Shown: in pieces, positions 1 through 10,547 of the stretch
Numbering within the stretch: position 1 is the first letter of the stretch
How the letters are laid out: each line of letters begins with the position of its first letter
DNA from: Tubiluchus corallicola
Lineage: Eukaryota; Animalia; Priapulida
Reading direction: 5' to 3'
Assembly (NCBI GenBank): GCA_030141605.1
Contig: JAQGDQ010001283.1
Coordinates: 30,130 to 49,770, forward strand
Length of the DNA: 19,641 bases
Made by a program: the position numbers and the translations under genes
The notes under the pieces: generated by a model
The model's input: only the letters and a program-made list of their open reading frames with translations
What the model was told of the DNA's origin: nothing
The model's database searches: none

Positions 1-363
1 GTTTTTTTCTGACAGAATTGAAAATGAAAGAAGTCTTTTTATTAGCAATTCAGATTTAGAAAGCTTTTCGAGAAAGATTAACCAAACATTTGAGAATAAG
101 AGAAAATGACTTTGTGGCTCATTGACTGACTTAATTCGAGCAGGTTGTGTGTTTGCAAGACAGGACGTCTAAGTACACGGTGAGTATAAGATTTTATTGC
201 TTTAATGTAACACTAGAGTGTGAATTATAATATTCCCTGTATTAGATTGCTGAAAATGGCAATTTTCTTCGGAAATTTTAGGAGATGATTATATTAACCA
301 AACTCTTTACAGCGTAAGACTGTACTCTGCTTGAATAATGATAATGTCTCTTATTCTCTACAG

Positions 364-370
364 TATAAAT
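364..370 (+). promoter_or_regulatory. Possible TATA box upstream of the polB ATG
   Basis: TATAAAT about 70 nt upstream of ATG 439. AT-rich context makes this weak. Confidence 0.25.
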
Positions 371-438
371 GAATAGGACGAATGCTACTTGGATAATATT
401 CTTTAAACGACTCTATTCTTTTTTCTTAGATTAACAAA

Positions 439-989
439 ATGTCCTCATCAAGGCCACCAACGACAACGACGGCGTCTAGGATGACAACAACTTCAACAAC
501 AACAACATCGTCATCGTCATCAGCGTCGACGCCAGTAACCTTCGCGCAACCTTCAAGAAGGGGAGTCATTTGGATGCTATCGTTTTAAAAAATCGTCGAC
601 TATGGCAGGTATATATATATATATATATAATGAAGAAAACTTTACACAGTGTTTTTTTCTCATTGTTGACGATGCTAATGTCACACTCTTATGGGCATTG
701 CATAAAATAAATTTCCTTTTTACAGAAAGCACTCTTCGGTGACGACTCCATCATCACCATCATCGTCATCGGTGTCATTGCCAACAACGACAACGACGAC
801 AACAACAACAACAACAACAACACCACCAACACCACCAGTGGCAACTATGCCGACAATAACGCCACCGCCAGCGTCGGCAGCACCACCACCGTCACCGGCG
901 ACAGCGACATCATCATCTGATGAAGAATCTATGAACCACTTGCCCCAATTGCGTCCACCAGGGGTGAGATCTTTCGTGCATCACGAAAG
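439..989 (+). pseudogene. Putative Ser/Thr/Pro-rich 5' exons of the polB gene (about 439-608 and 726-989)
   Basis: ATG at 439 (MSSSRPPTTTT...), donor CAG|GTATAT at 609, acceptor TTTTTACAG| at 725, donor AG|GTTAAT at 990, acceptor TTCTTTTCAG| at 1130. Joining 989 to 1131 is in frame (HHE-S-GYEF). The first exon needs frameshifts to join. Confidence 0.45.
610..629. repeat. (TA)n microsatellite at the start of a putative intron
   Basis: About 10 TA units directly after CAG|G. Confidence 0.9.
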
Positions 990-1009
990 GTTAATAATCT
1001 CTTATATTA

Positions 1010-1086
1010 ATGTTATTAAAGGAATTTACACTGTGCGCATTCGCTTCATGTTATTTTTATCGATGTTATTAAAGGAATTTGTGCGT
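1010..1086 (+). repeat. Short direct repeat ATGTTATTAAAGGAATTT x2 in putative intron
   Basis: Copies start at 1010 and 1063. Confidence 0.85.
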
Positions 1087-2351
1087 ATGCATATTATTTA
1101 CATCTAAAACATGCTCTTTTTTCTTTTCAGTGGATATGAATTCCACCTGGTGGATGATGCTCATAATGCAACGTTACAAGTATGGAGGTGTAGAACATCG
1201 GGTATAGATATAGAATGGATTTTGGATGATATTTCTGTTGCCATTGAAATGTTAGGTCAAACGCATTTAGAAAGCGGTTTTGCCACGCGCATACAACTAA
1301 CCGTAAATGCCACAATTGATCATCCCCTCCCCGTTGAAGAAGTAGAAAGAAAAAGAGATTCGTATTTCAATAGTGGATTTCATGATTTTTGGGACGAATG
1401 GTATAGCATGGCTAGAGCCATTTTAGTCGAAAATATCGAATCTTATTCGAAAAATGGCTCTGGTTATGTGATAAGTGATTTCCCATTTATTGAATTTCAA
1501 CTGGCGAAGTATGAACATCTCTCTACTGTTAAGGGTCATGGTGGATTTTGTAAATTACCAGCCGAATTATTAACCAAAAAAGCGCTGCTCATTATCTCCT
1601 CCGATCATGATGCTCTCTGTTTCAAATATGCCATTTTAAGGTCTTTATATGCTCATTTGTTATCGAAGCACAAAAACGCCTTAGCGACAATTATGATCAG
1701 TTTGCCCACCTTTTAAATTGGCAGCATATCGAATTTCCCACCAAAGCTTTTCAGAAATTTAATCCGGAGTATTGTTTAAACATTTTTATGTATTCTAACA
1801 GAGATGCTAAAAAACAAGCGTTTAAAATGCATTTATAATCCTCCGTGCAGAATAGTAGAAGGCAGAAAATTTATTAATCTTTTACTGTATAATCCACTCA
1901 AGTCCAGTCAAGCCGATTATACTCAATGTCATTATCTAACCATCACCAATTTCAATCGCCTGCTAAATAAACAGTGTGAGTCGCATAATTATTGCGAAAG
2001 ATGTATGCCCCCATTTTATAGAAATCGTATTACTCTTGAACAGCATAGGCGCATATGCTACACCATCGACGGGCACGTGCAAGAAAAATTACCGCCTCCA
2101 CACACCAAAGTAGGCTTTGAGAATATTCGCAAAGCCATGTCACCTAGTTACATCGCATATTGCGATTTCGAGGTCATACTCTTACCTAATGATGACCCAC
2201 TTTTGAAAACTAAGCATGAACCTTTTGCGGCGGGAATATATTTAGTGCTCGAAGAAACAATGTTGGTGAATCCCCTCCCCTGCGATTATAAGCAATTCAT
2301 TGGCGAAGATTGTACGCATCAATTAATGCTCTATCTATATGAATTGGCCCA

Positions 2352-2549
2352 TTGAATTTGACATACGCTAAACAGCCACTATGTAGGAGTGCTCGCGATG
2401 AAGAAATTTTTCAAAATGCTACTCATTGCGTCTACTGTAAAACGGTATTCACCGAAGCAGAAAAAATACGCGAACACTGTCACTTAACAGGTGTTTACCA
2501 TGGGGCGGCGTGTGTGTCGTGTAATGCTAAAATGAGAAGTTATACATAA
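2352..2549 (+). pseudogene. Endonuclease VII-like (His-Me finger) Zn-binding insert within the pPolB exonuclease domain
   Basis: CVYC...IREHCHLTGVYHGAACVSCN matches the CxxC...DHCHxTGxxRGxAHxxCN pattern of animal Polinton PolBs. It lies between ExoI and ExoII. Confidence 0.85.
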
Positions 2550-3323
2550 TTTTAGAAATTACGACTCCCATTTCATACTGCAACATGACATCATTAAAGA
2601 TTCTCGTATTAGCGTAATAGCACAGACCTCGGAAAAAAATACCTCACTCTTAGGTGGTCCTTTAAAGCAGAACAAAAACCCACGCATCAAAAAAGACCCG
2701 ATTTGATACAAGTAATGTTCATCGATTCTTTCTAACATCTCCAGTCCAGTCTATCCAATCTCGCGTCAAACTTAAACGAGCACAAAAACACAAATCTCAT
2801 GATGCTTGATTATCCTTTGCTTTCGAAATCCACAATTGATGACAAAGGAATTATGTGTTATGAATATGTTAATAATTCATCCGTGTTGGAAGAGAAACGT
2901 CTCCCCGCCATAGAGCATTTTTATAGCTCTTTGACGGGTGAAAGTGTATCGCAAACAGATTATGAATTACCGCAAACTGCATGGCGTGAATTTGGTTGTC
3001 GCAATCTGCGCGACTATTATCTTAGATATTTAGAATTAGATTGCAGATTATTGGCAGACGTGTTTTGCGATTATCGAAGAATGTGCTTGCATCATTTCGG
3101 ATTAGGTGCGATTCATTATTGCACCTTACCCTCGCTGACATGGGATGCTGCTTTTAAAACGTGCGATATTCGGGTAGACGCTATTTCTGATATAACCATG
3201 TTTGAAAAATTCGAAAGCAACATACGTGGTGGAAGCGTTTTCGTTAATGTTCACAAACTCGAAGCTAACTGCCCCAAATTGCCTGAAACCTATGATCCAT
3301 CTAAAGCGCTAACGTATCTTTTA

Positions 3324-3809
3324 CCAACTCAACTTTAGTCATCTCTTTAGACATCTCTTTAGAGGTCACAACTTCTAAGATAGAGATGAAGAAAAAGGTT
3401 AGCAAAAAAACCAGGTTGCTCTTCAGGAAGGCCCACTGAATGTGTGGAATGTGAGGTAAACCAGCAGTGGCCACATTTTCTCGATGTGTGGAATGATGTC
3501 ACATCGAGAAATGTGGCCACTGCTGGTTTACCTGATCAAACAGATGTCGCCGTAAATGCAACTGCTGCTCCCCACTTCACTTTTTTTAGGGGGGTGATTT
3601 TTGTTCCCACTCCCGACAGTCGAGGGGGGGGGGCGTGACCCGTCAACCAACCATCACTCCTAATCCTTAAATTGGTCACTTAACTAGCACGACAATAGAG
3701 CCACTTCACTTTTTAGGGGTGTTTCCGGATTTTCGCACTTTTTAGGGGTGTTTTTTTTCCCCACCCCCCCCCCCGGGCAGCCAAAGGGGGCGTGGGGAAA
3801 TCGGCCAGA
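3324..3809. other. Mosaic templated insertion replacing the pPolB motif A region
   Basis: 3349-3566 is the reverse complement of 9196-9413. 3571-3809 is a copy of the terminal segment (from 16204) with a local rearrangement. CATCTCTTTAG is duplicated at 3340/3352. Confidence 0.9.
3454..3533. repeat. Near-perfect 34-bp inverted repeat (hairpin) with 11-nt loop
   Basis: AGGTAAACCAGCAGTGGCCACATTTTCTCGATGTG (3454-3488) pairs with CACATCGAGAAATGTGGCCACTGCTGGTTTACCT (3500-3533), with a single T bulge. Confidence 0.92.
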
Positions 3810-4874
3810 ATTTCCAAAATTCATTCTGTTGTCTCATTTCGTCAGACATCAATTTTTCGTAGTTTTATTGCGGCTAACAGCTTAAAGAGACAAGAAGCTA
3901 AAAATGCTTTCGAAAAAGATCTTTTTAAGCTGTTCAATAACAGTTTATTTGGTAAAAGTATGGAAAACGTTCGCAAACGTTGCTCTTTAAAATTGGCCAC
4001 TAGTCAAAAAGCGTGCGAACAATTTTTGAGGCGACCGGACCACCAAGATTTTAACATTTTTAATAATACTGTGAGTGCTCACAGACTGCGCAAAACCAAT
4101 GTTCTCTTAGATAGGCCAATATATATAGGTCAGACCGTTCTTGACCTTTCTAAATTGATAATGTATCGCCTTCGCTACGAAACATTCAGTGATGACGAAA
4201 TGAAAATTTTATCTCCTGAAGCTGATGTGAAAATTGTCGGTTCGGACACGGATTCATTTTTTCTCCAAGTAAAAAATCTGAGTGTGCCCGAGATTTTAAT
4301 CCCCCATTTTCTACAGAAAGGAAACGTGATCGATACCTCGAATTATCCTAAAGATCACGTTTTTTATCGGGAGGAAAATCGGGCACGCTTAGGTTGTTTC
4401 AAAGATGAGTCACAAGGCTCGCTTCACCAACAATGGATTTTACTTAAGCCCAAATTATACAGCATGAAGAGCGTTGATTTTCGACAAAGCAAAAAGCGCG
4501 CCAAAGGTGTCGATAGGCGCACAATTTCAAAACAAATAACTCACGAAGATTTTGAGCGTGCCTTTACAGAGCAGGTGGAAATGACGCACGAGACAATTCG
4601 CTTCACATCGCAACGACATCACATATACACTAAACATTCTTCCAAAAGATCGCTATCTTTTTTTGATGATAAAAGATGCTGGCTGTCAAAAAATTTCAGC
4701 GTTCCATACGGGCATTATTTAGTAGACCAGACGAAACCTTTTGTTTCTAGTGTCGCTCCTCCCGTCGAAAATCGACCTTTTCACGGACCTCCTAACGTAA
4801 CTGTTGTCAATATCTGTGATGATGATGTTGATGTTGATGATGATGATGACGATGATGATAGTGATATTCTATGA
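3810..4874 (+). pseudogene. Uninterrupted C-terminal pPolB fragment (motifs B and C, thumb) with poly-Asp tail
   Basis: ORF 3792-4874. The first ~6 codons come from inserted terminal-repeat DNA and PolB resumes at ISKIHSVVSFRQ. A (GAT)n tract at ~4818-4866 encodes the acidic tail. Confidence 0.9.
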
Positions 4875-5118
4875 CAACAAATATGTTAGAGGGAGGGGCA
4901 CGGTCCGAACCGACTAAATATTGTATTTATGTAACAGTCTGTAGTCTGTTTGAAATTGTGAATTGAACACAATATATGAACATGTTTAATTGATAAATGC
5001 TATACCCCCATTATATGTGTAACAGTTTGTCTGTTGCAATCCCACCTCCTCCATTCTATACCTAATACATCATTGTATGAAGCCACTATATGATGTTTTA
5101 AAGTATTGTTGTTAGTAA

Positions 5119-5369
5119 ATGATGTTAAATATAGTATGCAATCATTCCCATGTTGGTGATGCTGTTAAATATAGTATGCAATCATTCCCATGTTGCTGAT
5201 GCTGTTAAATATACTGTTAAGTGACAGTGTTCACGTATTTTTTCTGCTTCGGTGAATACCGTTTTACAGTAGACGCATCATTCCCATGTTGGTGATGCTG
5301 TTAAATATAGTATGCAATCATTCCCATGTTGGTGATGCTGTTAAATATAGTATGCAACCATTCCCATGT
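5119..5369 (+). repeat. 40-bp minisatellite in two blocks (about 5119-5213 and 5277-5369) downstream of polB
   Basis: Unit GATGCTGTTAAATATAGTATGCAATCATTCCCATGTTGGT, period 40, about 2.3 copies per block. Confidence 0.92.
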
Positions 5370-5467
5370 CATAAAAAGACTGTATTGTTGTTAAGAGTGT
5401 ATTGTTGTTACTTATGATGTTTTAAAGTATTTTTTAATAAGTTGTTTTAAAAAGTGTTGTTGTTGCT

Positions 5468-5473
5468 AATAAA
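5468..5473 (+). terminator. Candidate polyadenylation signal for polB
   Basis: AATAAA followed by a GT/T-rich tract, about 600 nt after the polB stop. Confidence 0.35.
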
Positions 5474-5559
5474 GTGTTTTAAAAATAATTTTTATTCTTT
5501 CACATGGCTTTATATATTTAATTTTTATTTTTCGCAAATGCACCAAGCTTAAAAAGAAA

Positions 5560-5823
5560 TTAACATTAAAAATGAGTGTAATCTAAAATTTTTATTTTTC
5601 CACTAATGTATTATAATACGCTTACAAAATACATTCAATGATCAGCTATCGCCGTCATGCATTACAGAACAACATAGGAGCGTTATATTTCCCTGGTAAG
5701 TATTTAACATTAAAAAAAAAAAAATGTAATCTAAAATTTTTATTTTTCCACTAATGTATTATAATACGCATACAAAAACACATTCAATGAACAGGTAGTG
5801 CCATCTTGCATTACAGAACAACA
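5560..5823 (+). repeat. Diverged tandem duplication, period about 145-150 bp
   Basis: TTAACATTAAAAA...TGTAATCTAAAATTTTTATTTTCCACTAATGTATTATAATACGC...GCATTACAGAACAACA at about 5560-5674 and 5704-5824. Confidence 0.9.
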
Positions 5824-5871
5824 CTTTCAATGAATAGATAGCACAGTCATGCATTAATTTCACTGGAAATA

Positions 5872-6102
5872 GGTGTCGTTAATTTTCCAATGAAAGCTTT
5901 AGCCATATAAATTGTTCAAACGTTGGTGTGCTGTGCGCTAGCGTCATCTACCAGTGAATGCATGGTTAGTTCGCATAATGGCACTACAAACAAATTCTTC
6001 AGACTGTAATAAACATTGCACGCCCAGGTGTCATTAATTTCCAATGAAAGCTTTAGCCATATAAATTGTTCAAACGTTGATAAGCTGTACGCTAGCGTCA
6101 TC
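5872..6102 (+). repeat. Direct repeat of about 75 bp, period about 154 bp
   Basis: GGTGTC.TTAATTT(T)CCAATGAAAGCTTTAGCCATATAAATTGTTCAAACGTTG...CGCTAGCGTCATCT at about 5872-5949 and 6027-6103. Confidence 0.9.
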
Positions 6103-7185
6103 TGGCAATGCTCACTGACAATAAGGAAGTGAATGTTTGGCTAGCCCTCATAATGACGCCACCTGTTCACACACACATTCCAGTGAAATATAATGCTCCT
6201 TTGTTGTTTTGTATTTCAAACTAAAAAACTAGTGTGACTTCGAGTCTAGCTCAAACAAACAGTGTTCCTCTGCAGTTTTTAACCTGTGCTGAATTAAGAG
6301 CAACAACAATAAAATAATAAAATGTATTTTCAAGCTTTTCGAATTTATGGCTGCATAAACACAGATCGCTTTGTTGTCACAAACACCATGTTAATAAAAT
6401 GCGTCACTGTAGAAAAATAAAAGACGTAATTACTAGATTAGTAAATGCTGTGTAGAATAAACACGAAAGACCTTTCATTGTCTTCTGACTTAGTTCAGAA
6501 GTAAGTCTCTATTAAGTGCCTCTCCCATGGTCGCCTGTTATAGCTTAATGTGGTACACACACACCATTTGTTAACTATAGTACACTTTATACTCAGAATA
6601 TAAGACAATAATAAATGAGGCATAAACAGGCTAAAGGTACTGTAAATTAAATTTTCACATTTTGTCAAGTTGCCCCAATATGGTCCTCGAACCCACTGCT
6701 GCGTCACTGACAGTTTTCTACAACCAAACGAGTCTTTATTCTTTTCATAAAAATTTCTTCAATGGTACAATACGTTACCGAAACGTCGCAAAATAAGTTA
6801 AAATTACTTTTTGTTTTATTAGGTGGTAACACGTATAGTTATGTACACAATGGGCTTAGCCTTTTGGGCCCTATTAATATTCCCGAAAAGCCACAATACA
6901 TGCATTATAGCCTTTTTCAGTCTTTTACACTTTTACTTTTTGAATATTGTTATCATAGTTGCGTGACAGCATGTGCATATTTATTTTATGTAGAACATTT
7001 TCACTTGACGATTTTGTATTTTGGTCTATACGTCGGCATACTGACGTCCAAATAAGTGTTTTTGATCTCAATGAAAAAGAATACGAGGTTTCCCCAGTAC
7101 ACGTATCTACATCATCACCTCTTAGTTACTTTCTTTGAATAGGTGAGAAGTGACTTCTTTATTCTTGATTTTTATCATGACAGGT

Positions 7186-7340
7186 ACAATGAGACTCGAA
7201 TATAATTTCGTAAATTTCCTGTTTATTTGCATTTTCTTATTTAAACAACTTAGTTGTTGGTGCCACAATGAGACTCGAATATAATTTCATAAATTTCCTG
7301 TTTATTTACATTTTCTTATTTAAACAACTTAGTTGTTGGT
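7186..7340 (+). repeat. Tandem duplication of about 76 bp (period 79)
   Basis: ACAATGAGACTCGAATATAATTTC...AACAACTTAGTTGTTGGT at 7186-7261 and 7265-7340, with 2 substitutions. Confidence 0.95.
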
Positions 7341-8958
7341 AATTACAGGAAGCTGAGTAAGATGCACTACATTGTAGTCATCAATGACTTCATTTCCTCG
7401 CTGGAAAAGGTCGTTTCTCTATGCTTCTACAAGGTTTATTATTATTATGTCTATACTGATATGCCTATACTGGTGTGTTGTTAAAAGGGAATAATTTATT
7501 TTTATTGTAGTAATAATAATTATAGCTCTTAAAACACCGGTCTCGGGAGCGTTAGCGAAAGCATTGTTTTGTAGTGCCACCTATAGGAGAAAAATAAATT
7601 AGCTGAGTGTAAATAATTTTATGTAGTTGATTATACATTAAAGATCAACACAATTTTACCACAAGATGTTATTTATTTTTTCATTATTTACATCAAATTT
7701 TGTACACAAATTTTGTACACAAAAATCTCTCATCAATTTATGGGAATTCTAGTAAACTAACCAACATGACTGATTATGTAAAAGGCATTTGTGACGTCGC
7801 TACACTGAGTACAAATAATTTCAAAGTTCACATGTCGTATAATTATAGTACATAAAACAATATAGTTTCTCTGCAAGCAAAATATCTTTGCGGCAACAAT
7901 ACATACACAAATGCACTTAATTATCACAAAATATATCTTAAAGCAGCATTTAAAATTCATCTATAAAATCCCAACAACGAGGTGGAAAAACTACTCCTTT
8001 TGCTCAATACGTTAACAGAGGTAGTGGTGGTTAACCTTACAAACTGTAGCTTGAGTGAGCTGTCACACAGTTCCATTCCATACATTCTAAGACTGAGACA
8101 ACTTATTCTCAGGAACAATATCCTATCAACTTTTGATCCAAAGTTTGTAAATCGATAAACCAAAGTATCACTAGCTAACATGCTTAAATGTTAAACATCA
8201 CAAATTGATACAGATAGCATAAGCAGAATGAATTTAAATTCTTTAACGTAATTAAAGTGTCATTAAAGCGAAAACTGTTACTTATGCAAAAGCGCTTGAA
8301 CAGAGAGTAATTCATTTACAGTCCAAAGTATTTTTTGAGATCAAAGATAAATGAGTGCAGTTTAAAGAATTGAAAACTTTTGGGGTGTCTGGTTGTTGGT
8401 GTATAAAAATTAATTTTTTTGCAAACAATTTATGTATAGCCTTGCTAAGGTGTAATGTCCTCAAGTCAAGTCAACTATCCCTTGAAAGTTTCTGTTTTTT
8501 TCCTACTATCGCAGTCTGTTATTCAAAAGTTGTTTACCAAAATGCTCGGTTTTAATGGGTGTCAGGTTATGCATGAGCACACATGGTTCAATGGTAAACG
8601 TATTAGATTTTAATGCTTTAAATTTCATGTATTATCTGTATATTGGAATATAGGTTTTAGGAGTGATCACGGAATTCCAAAAAAGTAAAAAACATGAGTG
8701 TATTAGTTTGTCATGCTTTAATTCAAACGAGGAAAAAAAGCAAAAAGACATGATTTGCAGATTTAAAACTTAAAAAGTGTCTGAAAATAAATGTGACGAA
8801 CATCATACTTAATTTTATACACTAAGTGTGGTCAGAAAATACTTAATTGTACAATATTAAGTCACCTCATAATTACTGATTTTTGACGCAAATAAAAAAA
8901 TTACTATCTTAATATTAATAGTGGATGTCACACCTTACAAATCACATAGAAAAGTGAA

Positions 8959-10188
8959 TTATGATTTTGGTGACTCGTGTTTAACAGCATTTGCTGAATC
9001 ACTTTCTGCTACATAACCTAAATTATCTACTCCAGCACTGCTTTCTTGGTGCACAGTAACCTCTGCATCCAAAGTATGGGCGTCATGCTGCATGTTATCT
9101 TCCAAGACAAGTGATGCAGTCATTGAGTGAGGTTGTACATCAATATCGATACTTTCATTTATAAGATTCCCAGGAGCAGCAATTGATACTGTGTTAGCAG
9201 TTGCATTTACGGCGTCATCTGTTTGATCAGGTAAACCAACACTGTCCGCATTTCTCGATATGACATCATTCCACACATCGAGAAAATGTGGACACTGGTG
9301 GTTTACCTCACATTCCACACATTCAGTGGGCCTTCTTGAAGAGCAACCTGGTTTTTTTGCTAACCTTTTTCTTCATCTCTATCTTAGAAGTTGTAACCTC
9401 TAAAGAGATGTCTGATTCTAGACTACTAGCAGCTTTGTTATCTACAAAAAACAAATAATTTATAAAAAACTTTTTAACACATAATAATGACAGCGATCAG
9501 ATGATGTAAACTGCTTAAAAATATTTAATGCAAAATCTTCATTTGAAGCACAAATTTTCTACATCGCATACTTTTGAATCAATAACGCCACTAAGTCTTA
9601 ACTAACTAGTTTGTTGGTGAAACTTAACTAAGGTCGTTATAAATTTTATTTTTCCATAAGCATGTCTTAGGCCTGTGCTTTACCAAAATAATCTGATGGT
9701 ATTGAAAATAAAAGCTGCATGTGGGTAACCAATATATATATATAGTACAATATATACAGTATTGTTAATAGGACTTTCTGGTGTAACAAAACAACATTTT
9801 TTATAGAAACACAAGTACACAAATTACAAACCTTTAGGAACCTCTTTGGTTTCTTTATTTTTGTCTAGTGTAACCAATGATGATGACATGGTCCGATCTT
9901 TGCTCCACTTTTTATCTAACAGAACAATAATAACTAATATTAGTTAAAATAATGTGCATAAAATTATCTTTCTAACTATACTTTACAACAAAGTAAGCTT
10001 AAAAGTCTAGCACGCTGGAAAAATATCAATAAATTGTCTTTGATGAGAAAATTGCTCAGCATCTCAGAGTCAAACTCGACTACACGAGCACTAAAACAAA
10101 CAATAATAATGCACGTTATAACTAAATAGTTAAATTGATATTACTTGTGAAAGCATTTCATTCCCACGTTAGAAGCAGTGTTTGTCAA
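8959..10188 (-). pseudogene. Multi-exon gene of unknown function ('gene X'), probably degenerate; exons 10188-10145, 10090-10038, 9915-9832, 9441-8959
   Basis: Pyrimidine-rich AG acceptors at all four exons and GT donors at 10144 and 9831. Phases are mutually compatible, giving LTNTASNVGMKCFHN-ARVVEFDSEMLSNFLIK-DKKWSKDRTMSSSLVTLDKNKETKEVPK-DNKAASSLESDISLEV. The donor after 10038 is non-canonical. The last exon stops at 9325-9323 unless frameshifted into ORF 8959-9318 (ends ...GVDNLGYVAESDSANAVKHESPKS). Two exons are conserved in a diverged copy at 14.0/15.3 kb. Confidence 0.55.
9229..9308. repeat. Imperfect ~34-bp hairpin, homologue of the 3454-3533 hairpin
   Basis: AGGTAAACCAACACTGTCCGCATTTCTCGATATG ... 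CACATCGAGAAAATGTGGACACTGGTGGTTTACCT, with 4 non-Watson-Crick positions and one bulge. Confidence 0.88.
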
Positions 10189-10400
10189 CTAAAGTCATAT
10201 TTGCATTATACCTAAAGTGTCAATTCTTAAAGTCTCTAGGTTCAGAAGCAGTGTTTGCAGTTGCTCTGTACTCAGATAAAAACTTTAATAATCAGATAAT
10301 GTAATAAGGCTAACTGTAATAACTTCTTGTATGTACCTTTTGCTTTCTTTGTAATAATACTAACAGATTACTACACCCGCTAATGTGGATAAGAGCAGCC

Positions 10401-10547
10401 CACAAAAATGCCTCACCATCATCATCCATGACGTCGTCGTTGTCGTCGTCATCATCGTCGTCGTCGTCCTCGTCGTCATCGTTGTCGACGTCGTTGCCGT
10501 CGTCGTCATCGTCGTCGTCGCGGGCACCATTTTGATGCTACTTGGTG
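10401..10547 (-). pseudogene. Degenerate 3' extension of the zinc-finger gene: (GAC/GAT)n poly-Asp tract and start of a 12th unit
   Basis: The - strand reads TAA CAC CAA G TAG CAT CAA AAT GGT GCC CGC GAC GAC ... GAT GGT GAG GCA TTT TTG TG, i.e. QNG-(D)n-GEAFL, the linker pattern of upstream units. Confidence 0.75.

Larger units (their letters stand above)
1131..4874 (+). pseudogene. polB: Protein-primed family B DNA polymerase (pPolB) of Polinton/Maverick/adintovirus type; frameshifted and interrupted
   Basis: Motifs occur in the expected order across ORFs 1111-1716, 1804-2355, 2352-2549, 2799-3338 and 3792-4874: NGSGY...CFKYAI, NWQHIEFP (shifted frame, ~1716-1740), HYLTITNFNRLL..YCERC, ExoI YCDFE, EndoVII-like CxxC..EHCHLTG..GAACxxCN, ExoII HNFRNYDSHF (2545-2574), FIDSF* (TAA 2733-2735), ExoIII YLELDCRLLADVF, IRGG, motif B KLFNNSLFGK, motif C DTDS, LKPKLY, KGV, DDKR. 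Motif A (DxNxLY) is missing. Confidence 0.93.

Noticed and set aside
3444-3638. 64-aa ORF MECEVNQQW...
   Set aside because: Chimera of the gene X fragment and terminal-repeat DNA within the insertion, with a GTG start.
5119-5369. CRISPR-like appearance of the 40-bp repeats
   Set aside because: Units are directly adjacent without unique spacers, there are no cas genes, and the context is eukaryotic.
5916-8555. Small ORFs 5916-6101, 6495-6707, 6762-7055, 7757-7960, 7957-8181 and 8355-8555
   Set aside because: Short, AT-rich, no recognisable motifs; consistent with chance ORFs.
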